Shown here: positions 45,746-55,009 of the stretch, piece after piece
How positions within the stretch are numbered: the first letter of the stretch is position 1
Layout of the letters: every line of letters begins with the position of its first letter
Source of the DNA: Bacteroidales bacterium
Lineage (GTDB): Bacteria; Bacteroidota; Bacteroidia; Bacteroidales; UBA3824
Length of the DNA stretch: 59,739 nucleotides
Direction of reading: 5' to 3'
Assembly (NCBI GenBank): GCA_017394445.1
Contig: JAFPYT010000347.1
Coordinates: forward strand, 1-59,739
Notes under the pieces: generated by a model
Database searches by the model: none
Told to the model about the DNA's origin: nothing
What the model saw: the letters and a program-made list of their open reading frames with translations, nothing else
Made by a program: the position numbers and the translations under genes

Positions 45746-47533
45746 ATGAAAAGACTTATATATACAATTTTTGCCGCTGCAATGGTGGCATCGGCGGCGG
45801 CGCAAGAGTGCCCTCAAATTGCCAACATTATCAACCGCGAAAAAGTTTCGCTCAACGGAGAATGGAACTATATTGTTGACGTTCAAGAAATTGGATATTA
45901 CGACTACCGTATGAACCCTACTCCTTGGGGATTTTTTCAAAACGCCAAACCTCAAAAACCCGAAGACCTTATAGAATACGATTTTGACAAGGCTGCCACT
46001 ATGCAGATTCCGGCGGATTGGAATACAAAAGACGACCGCCTTTTCTTTTACGAAGGCACTGTGTGGTTCAAAAAATCGTTTGACTACAAAAAAACTGCCG
46101 ACAAAAATACTTTTCTATATTTTGGAGCAATCAACTATGAATCAATTGTTTATCTTAACGGAAAACTCCTCGGCCGACACGAGGGTGGTTTTACTCCTTT
46201 TAATTTTGACGTTACCGACTATGTCAACAACGGCGAAAACACTATTATTATAAAGGTGGACAACAAGCGCGGAAAGGAAAAAGTGCCTACGCAGATTTTT
46301 GACTGGTGGAACTACGGCGGCATTACTCGTGATGTGTATATCGTTGAAACTGAGAATGTTTTTATTCAAAACTATAATTTTGACCTTGACCCAAAAAGCC
46401 GCAGCCAAATATTTTTTGACATAACACTCAACCAAAATACGGCGGGCGCAAAAGTGGAGGTTTCGATACCCGAACTTAAAGTAAAACAGACATTTACCTC
46501 CGACCGTAGCGGCAAAATTTCTGGTTCGTTTTCGGTAAAGAATCTTGTGCTGTGGTGTCCCGAAAATCCTAAACTCTACAATGTGCAACTAAAACTCGGC
46601 AGCACTGTGCTCAACGATCAAATTGGTTTCCGCACTATTGAAACGCAGGGTAAAAAGATACTTTTGAACGGTAAGCCGATTTTTCTCAAAGGCATTTCAA
46701 TCCACGAGGAGAAACCCAACGGCGGAGGTCGCGCCAACTGCACCGACGATGCCAAGACGCTGCTTTCTTGGGCTAAGGAACTTGGTTGCAACTTTGTACG
46801 TCTTGCGCATTATCCTCACAACGAATTTATGGTGCGCGAGGCTGAGCGCGAGGGTATTTTGGTGTGGAGCGAGATTCCCGTTTACTGGACTATCGACTGG
46901 GAAAATCCCGCCACGCTGCTCAATGCCAAACGCCAACTGTCGGATATGATTCTCCGCGACCAAAACCGCGCCAACATTATCATTTGGTCTATCGCTAACG
47001 AAACCCCTCACGGATACGCCCGTGAACAGTTTTTGGCGGCTCTTGCCAAGCACGCCCGCTCGTTGGATTCTACCCGCTTGATAAGTATGGCTATGGAGGT
47101 AACTTCGGCATCGAACTATGTTAACCGCCTCAACGACAATATGAACCGCTATGTGGATGTTATCAGTTTCAACCAATACATAGGCTGGTATCGCGATGTG
47201 GACGACGCTGCCAAAATGACTTGGGATATTCCATACAACAAGCCGGTGATAATCAGCGAGTTTGGCGGAGGTGCAAAATATGGTTACCACGGCGACAAAA
47301 ACCAACGCTGGACCGAGGAGTTTCAAGAAAACCTCTACCGCGAAAACACCCTTATGCTCGACAAAATCGACGGGCTTGCCGGCACATCGCCTTGGATATT
47401 AAAAGATTTCCGCTCGCCCCGCCGCGTGCTCAATGGTGTTCAAGACTACTACAACCGCAAAGGTCTCTTCTCCGACCACGGCGAAAAGAAAAAGGCATTT
47501 TATGTGCTGAAAAAGTGGTACGAGGGTAAATAA
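45746..47533 (+). CDS. Glycoside hydrolase family 2 (beta-glucuronidase/beta-galactosidase-like)
   Basis: 595 aa with a signal peptide. A sugar-binding N-domain is followed by a TIM barrel. The acid/base block is IIWSIANE and the nucleophile block is VIISEFGGGA. Confidence 0.8.
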   Translation: MKRLIYTIFAAAMVASAAAQECPQIANIINREKVSLNGEWNYIVDVQEIGYYDYRMNPTPWGFFQNAKPQKPEDLIEYDFDKAATMQIPADWNTKDDRLFFYEGTVWFKKSFDYKKTADKNTFLYFGAINYESIVYLNGKLLGRHEGGFTPFNFDVTDYVNNGENTIIIKVDNKRGKEKVPTQIFDWWNYGGITRDVYIVETENVFIQNYNFDLDPKSRSQIFFDITLNQNTAGAKVEVSIPELKVKQTFTSDRSGKISGSFSVKNLVLWCPENPKLYNVQLKLGSTVLNDQIGFRTIETQGKKILLNGKPIFLKGISIHEEKPNGGGRANCTDDAKTLLSWAKELGCNFVRLAHYPHNEFMVREAEREGILVWSEIPVYWTIDWENPATLLNAKRQLSDMILRDQNRANIIIWSIANETPHGYAREQFLAALAKHARSLDSTRLISMAMEVTSASNYVNRLNDNMNRYVDVISFNQYIGWYRDVDDAAKMTWDIPYNKPVIISEFGGGAKYGYHGDKNQRWTEEFQENLYRENTLMLDKIDGLAGTSPWILKDFRSPRRVLNGVQDYYNRKGLFSDHGEKKKAFYVLKKWYEGK

Positions 47534-47595
47534 ACGCAACAAAATCATCAATCTTCCGTTTTAGGTTCATAATTAACTCACAAATATTTTTAATT

Positions 47596-47802
47596 ATGGC
47601 CAAGAAACGCACTTCGGTTGACCTTTATGTCAACGCAGTAAAGCGAGCCGACCGCGAAGAAGAGATACGTCGGCACGGAAAACTTATTTCAACACGTCCC
47701 GCGAGGATAGTAAAATCCAAAAAAATCTACACCCGCAAAGGCAACAAAAAGAATCCGGACCAATATGGTTCGGATTTTTTTTGTGCGTTGGTTTCTTTAT
47801 AA
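47596..47802 (+). CDS. Small basic hypothetical protein (doubtful 3' end)
   Basis: 68-aa K/R-rich ORF. A strong terminator hairpin with a T-run (47752-47782) lies inside its last 17 codons, so either the CDS or its annotated end is questionable. Confidence 0.3.
   Translation: MAKKRTSVDLYVNAVKRADREEEIRRHGKLISTRPARIVKSKKIYTRKGNKKNPDQYGSDFFCALVSL
47752..47782 (+). terminator. Intrinsic terminator-like hairpin
   Basis: Stem AATCCGGACC 47752-47761 / GGTTCGGATT 47767-47776 with one G-U pair; the T-run extends to 47782. Confidence 0.6.
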
Positions 47803-47875
47803 AGAAAGATTTTGGGGTAAAATGTTTCTTTACAAAGAAAGATTTTATGGTGTTTTTTTTTATAAGGAAAAATAG
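47791..47875 (+). repeat. 33-bp tandem repeat array, copy set 1 (2 good units plus 1 degenerate)
   Basis: Unit 1 is GTTTCTTTATAAAGAAAGATTTTGGGGTAAAAT (47791-47823). Unit 2 is GTTTCTTTACAAAGAAAGATTTTATGGTGTTTT (47824-47856). A degenerate unit follows. Each unit contains the palindrome TTTCTTTATAAAGAAA. Confidence 0.85.
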
Positions 47876-47957
47876 TATCAAAATAACTGTGGTTTTGTAA
47901 TCTTTTTATTCTATATTTGCAAGAAGATATCTAACTCACAATAAATCTATTTTAAGT

Positions 47958-48761
47958 ATGAAACCATTTTTATTCACACTTTTAATAATATTAGGTAGTA
48001 TCAATTGTTATTGCCAAAAATTGAGCGAGAATGAATCTATTCAATCGTCTCCTCTCCCCATTGTCATTGATAATAAAATCTACGGTTATATGATACAAGT
48101 TTCCGGTGGTTCGTTTCAGATGGGTTCAAATGACTACGACAATGAACAGCCGCCCCATACGGTATCTGTAAACACTTTCTATATTGGCGAAACCGAAGTT
48201 ACCCAAGAACTTTGGAAGGATGTGATGGGTGATAATCCGAGTTATTTCAAAAAAGGTGATAATTATCCTGTTGAAAATGTTTTTTGGAACGATTGTCAAA
48301 CATTTATTAAAAAACTAAACGAAAAAACAGGCAAGAAATTCCGCCTTCCCACCGAAGCCGAATGGGAATATGCCGCCCGTGGCGGTAAGAGTGGCGGCAC
48401 AAAGTATAGCGGAAGTGATAATATTGATGATGTGTCTGTCTATACTAAAAACTCATACGATTTGGGTAGTAGCAATTCTGCATACGGCACTCATCATGTT
48501 AAATCAAAGAAACCTAACTCACTTGGTATTTATGATATGTCGGGCAATGTTTGGGAATGGTGCAACGATTGGTATGCTTCTGACTATTATAAAAATAGTC
48601 CTTCAAACAATCCGCAAGGTCCTTCATCGGGTTATGGCCGCGTGCTTCGTGGTGGTTCGTGGATCAACCCCGCTGACTACTGTCGCGTTGCTAATCGTGG
48701 CTACGACGCCCCCGTCATCAGGAGCGGCAACTGCGGTTTGCGCCTCGCCTTAGTTCCTTAG
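47958..48761 (+). CDS. Formylglycine-generating enzyme (SUMF1) family protein, secreted
   Basis: 267 aa with a signal peptide. The family blocks are RLPTEAEWEYAARGG, GNVWEWCNDWY and RVLRGGSW. Confidence 0.85.
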   Translation: MKPFLFTLLIILGSINCYCQKLSENESIQSSPLPIVIDNKIYGYMIQVSGGSFQMGSNDYDNEQPPHTVSVNTFYIGETEVTQELWKDVMGDNPSYFKKGDNYPVENVFWNDCQTFIKKLNEKTGKKFRLPTEAEWEYAARGGKSGGTKYSGSDNIDDVSVYTKNSYDLGSSNSAYGTHHVKSKKPNSLGIYDMSGNVWEWCNDWYASDYYKNSPSNNPQGPSSGYGRVLRGGSWINPADYCRVANRGYDAPVIRSGNCGLRLALVP

Positions 48762-48820
48762 TTTAAACTTCGACATTCAGTCATTTTTTAAGGATGGAAA
48801 AAATGGGAAAAAACTGTTGG

Positions 48821-50017
48821 TTAATACATCATTCCAAACAACCACAAGGGAATTTTGTTGCCAAAACCAATCTCAATTTCGTCGGCGGCTATGAAACTGT
48901 CGGGAATGTCTTTGATTTGGGTGAATTTTTTGCCACGTTCGCCTATTTCAAATAAGTATCGATTGTCGACAAGGAGGTCGCCCTGAGTTGGAAATTGTAT
49001 CGAGTGCGACTGGTTCATCATAGATGCAAAAAACGACTCGCGCAAAGTGCCTGTGTCAACGGGCTGAGTAAGAGCCTGCATTAGATTGGGGTTGTTGAAA
49101 AGTATTTTTTCGGGTTTTCCTAATGCTTTTAAACCTTTGCCTTCGGTGTATAGCAACCTTAACAATGCGGAGTGGTGCAACAAAGAGAGCAATTTGATGA
49201 GTTGGTTTCGTGTAGTTGCAAGTGCAGCGCAAAGCGATGATATATTGAGCGTAAATGGTGCCATCTGCGCCAATAAAACAAGCAACCGTTTGGCTTTGCG
49301 CAGCGTGTCGTACTCAATGTTCTCAACTGTGGGAATATCGTTTTCTATTATTGTGGAAATCACATTTTGGATACGTTCGTAATAACTTTCTAATGAAGTG
49401 GTTTCAAGTAAAAATGGGTAATAACCCTGCTGAACGTATTTTTCAAAATGTGGAAGCACTTTTATCTTTGCGGTTATTTGGGAGGCAATTTGCTGATGGT
49501 TAGTTATTATTTCATTTAGTGAAACTGCCGGGATATCGGCTATTTTATTGATAGCCAAATATTCACGAAACGATAAACCCTCTAAATGGTACATTCTTAA
49601 ACGACGTGAAAGGTCGGCCTTTGCATTGTCGATTTCTAACAGCGAAGAGCCTGTAAATGTGATATGTAGGGTAGGATAGCCGTCGTAAATATTCTTGATT
49701 TCGCGAATCCAGTTAGGATAACGGTGCACTTCGTCGAGAAAAATATGTGTAACGCCGTGAGTATAAAGATATTCGGTAAGTTCCATAAGAGTATGTGTAC
49801 TAAACCAAATGTGGTCGAGTGACACATAAAAAGCGTTGTTTCTATTTGTGAATGAGCGTTTTATGTGTTGTAGAATCAGTGTGGTTTTGCCCACACCTCT
49901 TGCACCCTTGATACCTATTAATCGTTCGTTCCAATCTATCTTAGAGTATAAGTATCTGAAATACTCGAATTTAGTATCTTCTAACCTTCTGTTATATGCC
50001 AAAATAAGTGATTCCAT
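48821..50017 (-). CDS. AAA_14-type ATPase with DUF4143 C-terminal domain
   Basis: 398 aa. Walker A is GARGVGKTT and Walker B is HIFLDEVH. The C-terminal DUF4143-like region carries an E...K block. Confidence 0.8.
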   Translation of the reverse strand: MESLILAYNRRLEDTKFEYFRYLYSKIDWNERLIGIKGARGVGKTTLILQHIKRSFTNRNNAFYVSLDHIWFSTHTLMELTEYLYTHGVTHIFLDEVHRYPNWIREIKNIYDGYPTLHITFTGSSLLEIDNAKADLSRRLRMYHLEGLSFREYLAINKIADIPAVSLNEIITNHQQIASQITAKIKVLPHFEKYVQQGYYPFLLETTSLESYYERIQNVISTIIENDIPTVENIEYDTLRKAKRLLVLLAQMAPFTLNISSLCAALATTRNQLIKLLSLLHHSALLRLLYTEGKGLKALGKPEKILFNNPNLMQALTQPVDTGTLRESFFASMMNQSHSIQFPTQGDLLVDNRYLFEIGERGKKFTQIKDIPDSFIAADEIEIGFGNKIPLWLFGMMY

Positions 50018-50058
50018 AATTGCATTTTTTTATTTCTACGACTGCAAATGTATAAAAA

Positions 50059-50190
50059 GTTTCTTTATAAAGAAAGAATTTTGGGCAAATAGTTTCTTTA
50101 TAAAGAAAGATTTGTGGGTAAATTGTTTCTTTGTAAAGAAAGATTTCTGAGTAAAATGTTTCTTTTCACGGAAAAGTTATAGGGAGGTAA
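50059..50190 (+). repeat. 33-bp tandem repeat array, copy set 2 (4 units)
   Basis: The units lie at 50059-50091, 50092-50124, 50125-50157 and 50158-50190 (the last degenerate). The consensus and orientation match the array at 47791. The array starts 42 nt upstream of the ATPase start codon at 50017. Confidence 0.9.
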
Positions 50191-50244
50191 AAAAATGAGT
50201 TTTTTCCAAAATTAGTAAAAAATACATAGTTTTGGAAAAAACTC
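50189..50244 (-). terminator. Intrinsic terminator of the S41 peptidase gene
   Basis: Perfect 15-bp stem GAGTTTTTTCCAAAA 50197-50211 / TTTTGGAAAAAACTC 50230-50244. On the minus strand it is followed by ATTTTTTT. Confidence 0.7.
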
Positions 50245-50268
50245 AACTTTGTGTTGTTAGAGAAAACC

Positions 50269-52410
50269 CTATTTCATATCCCCAACCACATTTACTGCCT
50301 CAGAGATGTAGATGTCTTTTTCTACTTCGCCAAACCATTGGGTGAACTTCTTGATTTTGAGGGTGTCGGAGCCACAGGCGGTTTTGTCGGCAGAGGTGAA
50401 GGTGGCTGTTACGCCAGTTTTTTCTTTGCCAATTTTGCTGTACTTGTCGGCCTCGTCTTTAAGTTCTTTGAGGTGCTTGCGATATTTGTCGAAATTGAGC
50501 GAGTAGTCGGTGTCGTCGTTTTTGGCTTTTAGGCGGTGAGCGTTTTCGTCAATTTGGCGGAAAATCGGGTCGGCGCTGATGCGTTTGCGGCTGAGGTCGG
50601 CTATCTTGGAGCGTTTTACGGTGTTGGTGGGTTTGTATTGCGCACGGTCTATCACGTCGTATTGAAGGGCTGTTTTGCTCTCCTTTTCGCCTGTTTCGAT
50701 GTAGGTGTAGGCATCGGGAATAATGATGTCGGGAATTACGCCCTTCAACTGTGTGGTGCCGCCGTTTACACGGTAAAATTTCTGTATGGTGAGTTTTACA
50801 GTGCCGAGAGGTTTGAGGTCGTTGTAGCCGTTTACAAGTTGGTCTAAGTCGTAGAAACTCTGCACAGTACCTTTGCCGAACGACGAGTTGCTGCCCATAA
50901 TGATGGCGCGGTCGTAGTCTTGCATTGCGGCAGCAAATATTTCAGATGCCGACGCGCTGAAATTGTTGACCATCACTACCAACGGACCGTTGTATTTGAT
51001 TTCTGCATTGTTGTCGTTGAGGGTGTTAACACGGTTGTCGCGGGTTTTTACCTGAACAATTGGACCTTTACCTACAAAAATTCCTGACATTTTAACCACG
51101 TCTTGGAGGCTTCCTCCTCCGTTGTTTCTCAGGTCGATAACAATGCCGTCAACATTCTCTTTTTTGAGTTTTTCTACCTCAATTTCCACGTCTTTGCTGC
51201 AAAAACGTCCTGTGCGGTCGTTGAAGTCGGCGTAAAATTTGGGCAGATAGATGTATCCCACTTTGGTTTTGCCGTCTTTCGATTTGATAACCGACGATTT
51301 GGCGTAGGTTTCTTCGATAATTACCACGTCGCGAACGATAGGAATTATTTTGATATTGCCGTCCAATTTTTTTACGGTGAGTTTTACGGTAGTTCCTTTT
51401 TTGCCACGGATAAGTTTTACGGCATCGTCGAGGTTCATATTGGTGATGTCGGTAGGCTCTGCGTCGCCCTGACCCACCTTTAATATAATGTCGTTGACTT
51501 CGAGTTCGCCCTGTTTCCAACTTGCGCTGCCGGGGATTATGTTAACAACCTTGGTTTGACCTTTGTTGTTTTGGAGAGTTGCGCCGATACCTTCAAACTT
51601 GCCCGACATCGAAATATCGAAACTCTCTTTGTCTTCGGGGGGCATATATTCGGAGTGGGGGTCGCAGCAAGCGGTCATTGCATTGATATAGAGCGATACC
51701 CACTCTTTTTGCTTAATTTTGCTGAGGCGTTCCATCCAATTGTCGTAGTTTTCTTTTACGCTTTTAACAGCCTCTGCTTTAAGTTCGTCGGCAGACTTTT
51801 GCTTGTAAGTGGAATCGTTTTTAGATGATTCTTGAATATCGGTTAAGTCAGAAAGTTTCTCTAAAACAGCGAGTTTGGTAATTTTATACCAATTTTTGCG
51901 GAGTTCCTCTTTTGAGGCGGCATAATTCAGTTTCTTGGGGTCGGTTTCGATGTCGTCGTTGGTGGTGAAATCAAAATCGCTTGCGATAGCCTCACGATAA
52001 TACTGCTCAGCCTCGTTTTGACGCTGGATAATCAGTTTTGTAGCCTCGTCAAAAAAGTCGAGGTTCGACATTTTGATTTGGTCGTCGATGAGGTAGCGAT
52101 ATTTTTCCAACTGTTGAATGTCGGATTTTATAAAGTAGCGTTTGACATAATCCAAACGGTCGATATATTCGTCGAACATCTTTGACGAAAACTCATCGTT
52201 AACGTTGATTGGTGCGTAATGTGCGTGTGTAAGTACTTGATATACAAGTTGCATTGTAACACGATCCTTAGTATCAGAATCTCCTCGGTGGGGCATAAAA
52301 GCCACAAAAACTACCGCTGCCAATGCAAGCGGTAAACTGATTTTTATAATTGCCTTCATTATTTTATTCTTTTTTGTATCTTCTTCGTTATCAATTTGTT
52401 CAATGTCCAT
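50269..52410 (-). CDS. Carboxy-terminal processing (tail-specific) peptidase, S41 family
   Basis: 713 aa with an N-terminal TM/signal segment. A PDZ-like region (DIILKVGQGD) is followed by the S41 core with FSASASEIFAAAMQD and GKGTVQ. The start may instead be the internal MKAIIK at 52359. Confidence 0.85.
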   Translation of the reverse strand: MDIEQIDNEEDTKKNKIMKAIIKISLPLALAAVVFVAFMPHRGDSDTKDRVTMQLVYQVLTHAHYAPINVNDEFSSKMFDEYIDRLDYVKRYFIKSDIQQLEKYRYLIDDQIKMSNLDFFDEATKLIIQRQNEAEQYYREAIASDFDFTTNDDIETDPKKLNYAASKEELRKNWYKITKLAVLEKLSDLTDIQESSKNDSTYKQKSADELKAEAVKSVKENYDNWMERLSKIKQKEWVSLYINAMTACCDPHSEYMPPEDKESFDISMSGKFEGIGATLQNNKGQTKVVNIIPGSASWKQGELEVNDIILKVGQGDAEPTDITNMNLDDAVKLIRGKKGTTVKLTVKKLDGNIKIIPIVRDVVIIEETYAKSSVIKSKDGKTKVGYIYLPKFYADFNDRTGRFCSKDVEIEVEKLKKENVDGIVIDLRNNGGGSLQDVVKMSGIFVGKGPIVQVKTRDNRVNTLNDNNAEIKYNGPLVVMVNNFSASASEIFAAAMQDYDRAIIMGSNSSFGKGTVQSFYDLDQLVNGYNDLKPLGTVKLTIQKFYRVNGGTTQLKGVIPDIIIPDAYTYIETGEKESKTALQYDVIDRAQYKPTNTVKRSKIADLSRKRISADPIFRQIDENAHRLKAKNDDTDYSLNFDKYRKHLKELKDEADKYSKIGKEKTGVTATFTSADKTACGSDTLKIKKFTQWFGEVEKDIYISEAVNVVGDMK

Positions 52411-52556
52411 TTTGTTTTTGTACTGTTTTCGTTTTTGAGTTTTACAAATTTACATTTTATTTGCATACGTGTATCAATAATTGTACAATTTTTGCTAAGG
52501 AATCCGCTTTTTTTGTATATTTGCGCTATAAAAAACGTTAAAACACCTTATTAATA

Positions 52557-53504
52557 ATGGACAAAAAAGATTTGCGCATAATATATATGGGTACGCCCGA
52601 ATTTGCCGTTGCACCTCTCAAAGCGTTGGTAGACAATGGATTTAATATCGTTGCCGTGGTAACTGGCGAAGACAAGCCGCAGGGTAGGGGACGCACTATA
52701 AAGCCCACGCCCGTAAAAGAACTTGCAGTTTCGCTCGGAATACCCGTTTTGCAGCCAGCCAAACTTAAAGATGAGAATTTTCAAGCCGAATTGCGTTCGT
52801 ATAATGCCGATTTACAGGTAGTTGTGGCATTTCGTATGCTCCCCGAGGCGGTTTGGGCTATGCCTAAATTCGGCACGTTTAACCTTCACACAGCCATTTT
52901 GCCGCAGTATCGTGGTGCAGCTCCTATAAATTGGGCTGTGATTAACGGCGAAACCAAAACTGGCGTTACCACCTTTATGCTCGACCACGACATCGACACC
53001 GGACGCATTTTGCTCAAAAAAGAGATTGACATTTTGCCCGAGGATAATGCCGGCAGCGTGCACGACAAACTTATGGAAGTTGGTTCTCAACTTGTGGTTG
53101 ACACAGTGGAGATGATTCTTTCGGGTAATGTTAAATCTGTGGCACAGAGCGACTTGATTGCTCCTGGCACTGTGCTTAAACCTGCTCCAAAAATTTTTAA
53201 GGAGGATTGTCGCTTAGATTTTTCTAAAAATGGAATATCCATTAAGAATCTTGTTCGCGGATTAAGTCCCTATCCCACAGCGTTTACCACTATCAAGGTT
53301 AAAGATAAGGATATGAGTCTCAAAGTGTTTGCCGTGGATTTTGAACCCGCCAAAGGCATTACCGAAACAGGCAAACTCTTTACCGATAACAAAACTTTTA
53401 TTAAAATCTCCTGCTCCGATGGATATATTCAATTGCTTGATATTCAATTGGAAGGCAAAAAGCGTATGGGCGTAGTAGATTTTTTGAGAGGGGTGAAGTT
53501 ATAA
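52557..53504 (+). CDS. fmt: Methionyl-tRNA formyltransferase
   Basis: 315 aa. Blocks are IIYMGTPEFAVAPL and NLHTAILPQYRGAAPINWAVING (the HxSLLPxxRG-type motif). A C-terminal Fmt domain is present. Confidence 0.95.
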   Translation: MDKKDLRIIYMGTPEFAVAPLKALVDNGFNIVAVVTGEDKPQGRGRTIKPTPVKELAVSLGIPVLQPAKLKDENFQAELRSYNADLQVVVAFRMLPEAVWAMPKFGTFNLHTAILPQYRGAAPINWAVINGETKTGVTTFMLDHDIDTGRILLKKEIDILPEDNAGSVHDKLMEVGSQLVVDTVEMILSGNVKSVAQSDLIAPGTVLKPAPKIFKEDCRLDFSKNGISIKNLVRGLSPYPTAFTTIKVKDKDMSLKVFAVDFEPAKGITETGKLFTDNKTFIKISCSDGYIQLLDIQLEGKKRMGVVDFLRGVKL

Positions 53505-53539
53505 AATGTTAAAAAATTTAGTTGTAACTAAACAATAAA

Positions 53540-53926
53540 ATGAGTACATTTGCGCTTGAAAAGTTAGAAGGTGTTGAAGGTAGGCAACGTTTTGAAAAAT
53601 TGGTAGTGGATGGTGTTGCTCCGTTCGACGTTTTTGAACAGAATGTTGCTTCGGCTTATAAATCTGAATTGATTGGAATTTACGCAGTTATGAACGATGT
53701 AGCCAACCTCAAATCTGTGCCGCAAACCAAATTTCACCCATATAGCGATGGCAAAGATGGGTTGAGAGAGTTTGAGTTTAAGAGCAAGCACCTGCGAGTG
53801 TACGCTGTGGAACAAAAAGGTGGAAAGATTATAATTATAGGCGGCACAAAAGCCACCCAAAAGAAAGACGAAGCAGAGTTTCGTCGTCTTAAAAACCTAT
53901 TAAATAAACAGTTTAAAATTGTATAG
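53540..53926 (+). CDS. RelE/ParE-superfamily (Gp49/HigB-like) toxin
   Basis: 128 aa. The block LREFEFKSKHLRVYAVEQKGGKIIIIGGTKATQKKD matches the usual 'E-F/R-x... Y-R-V-F/Y ... G-x-x-K-x-x-Q' layout. The toxin-first gene order, with an XRE partner 2 nt downstream, fits this class. Confidence 0.6.
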   Translation: MSTFALEKLEGVEGRQRFEKLVVDGVAPFDVFEQNVASAYKSELIGIYAVMNDVANLKSVPQTKFHPYSDGKDGLREFEFKSKHLRVYAVEQKGGKIIIIGGTKATQKKDEAEFRRLKNLLNKQFKIV

Positions 53927-53928
53927 TT

Positions 53929-54261
53929 ATGAAACGTGAAGAATTATTGCAGAGCCCCGAATATTGGACATCGGAAATCCAAATGGAACTTTTCCGCGAG
54001 ATAGAAAAATATATGCAGACTAAGGGAATTAACAGGGCTCAATTTGCTGAATATTTGGGTTGTACCCGTGGTTATGTAACGCAATTGCTTAACGGCGATT
54101 TCGATAATAAACTTAGCAAGTTGGTGAGCCTTTCGTTAAAGATTGGAAAAATACCTGTGATTAAGTTTGAAGATGTTGATGAGGTGATGAAACCTCATAC
54201 CGATAGCAATAATGTGGCACAGAGTGGTTACAAAATAGGTGATTATGCTTTGTGTAACTAA
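53929..54261 (+). CDS. XRE-family HTH antitoxin (HigA-like)
   Basis: 110 aa. The HTH is GINRAQFAEYLGCTRGYVTQLLNG. Confidence 0.7.
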   Translation: MKREELLQSPEYWTSEIQMELFREIEKYMQTKGINRAQFAEYLGCTRGYVTQLLNGDFDNKLSKLVSLSLKIGKIPVIKFEDVDEVMKPHTDSNNVAQSGYKIGDYALCN

Positions 54262-55007
54262 CAATGGAATAAATAATTAACAAACCTCTCCATTCCGTTG
54301 CGTTTCTGCTCAGTGAGTTCGTAACTGATATTTTTGGTGTAATATTCCATTGGGTTAAACTCCTTGATAAATCTTTGGTGATAGTAATCAATCACAGCGG
54401 GAATATTATGCACACCTATGCCAAGTGCTTGATTGAATGATTGTTGTAGGTCTTTGTCGATGGGTTTGGTAGATAGCCACGCCGCAAACACAAAGGGCAA
54501 ACCTGTAAACTTTATCCACTCTTCGGCAAGGTCGTAAACGTGGCTGTGTGGCTTGATGGTAAAGCAGCGGTCGCCAATTACCACGCCAGCAATGTTGCCG
54601 CCGATGAGGTTTTCGTATCCTGCCTCGCTCTGTTGCCATCCAGGATTGATGCGCCAATAGTTTTCGGCAAGAACTTTTACAAGGCGAACGCTTGTAGCCG
54701 ATTGATAATCAAGCATTATGCGGTTGATTTGGGGTAGGGGAGTGTCGCTTGCAAGTATCACCGAACGCACCTTGTCTTCTGCGCCAATGCAATAATCTGA
54801 AACTATTTGATATTCTTTTAGTTGCGGAATCACACCCACCGGCACAAGGGCAATATCACATCGGTTTTCGATAAGTGCGCGGGCACATTCCGACGGATAG
54901 TGGAGTATAAGTTCGCAATTATGCTTAATAAATTCGGAATGCTCTAAACCATAGAGCATTGGCAGCGTATTGTAGTACGAAACGGCAACAATCTTAATCT
55001 TAGCCAT
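54258..55007 (-). CDS. mqnA: MqnA-like menaquinone biosynthesis protein (futalosine pathway, chorismate dehydratase family)
   Basis: 249 aa. The N-terminus is KIKIVAVSYYNTLPMLYGL. It has a periplasmic-binding-protein-like fold signature typical of MqnA/MqnD. Confidence 0.6.
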   Translation of the reverse strand: MAKIKIVAVSYYNTLPMLYGLEHSEFIKHNCELILHYPSECARALIENRCDIALVPVGVIPQLKEYQIVSDYCIGAEDKVRSVILASDTPLPQINRIMLDYQSATSVRLVKVLAENYWRINPGWQQSEAGYENLIGGNIAGVVIGDRCFTIKPHSHVYDLAEEWIKFTGLPFVFAAWLSTKPIDKDLQQSFNQALGIGVHNIPAVIDYYHQRFIKEFNPMEYYTKNISYELTEQKRNGMERFVNYLFHC

Positions 55008-55009
55008 AG

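Noticed and set aside
49836-50150. 104-aa ORF (and 47684..47881 on the minus strand) with FFIKK-type periodic sequence
   Set aside because: Both are translations of the 33-bp tandem repeat arrays. The first also overlaps the 5' end of the ATPase gene.
47791-50190. Possible CRISPR arrays (33-bp palindromic repeats)
   Set aside because: The units are directly contiguous with no unique spacers. There are only 2-4 copies per array and no cas genes in the window.
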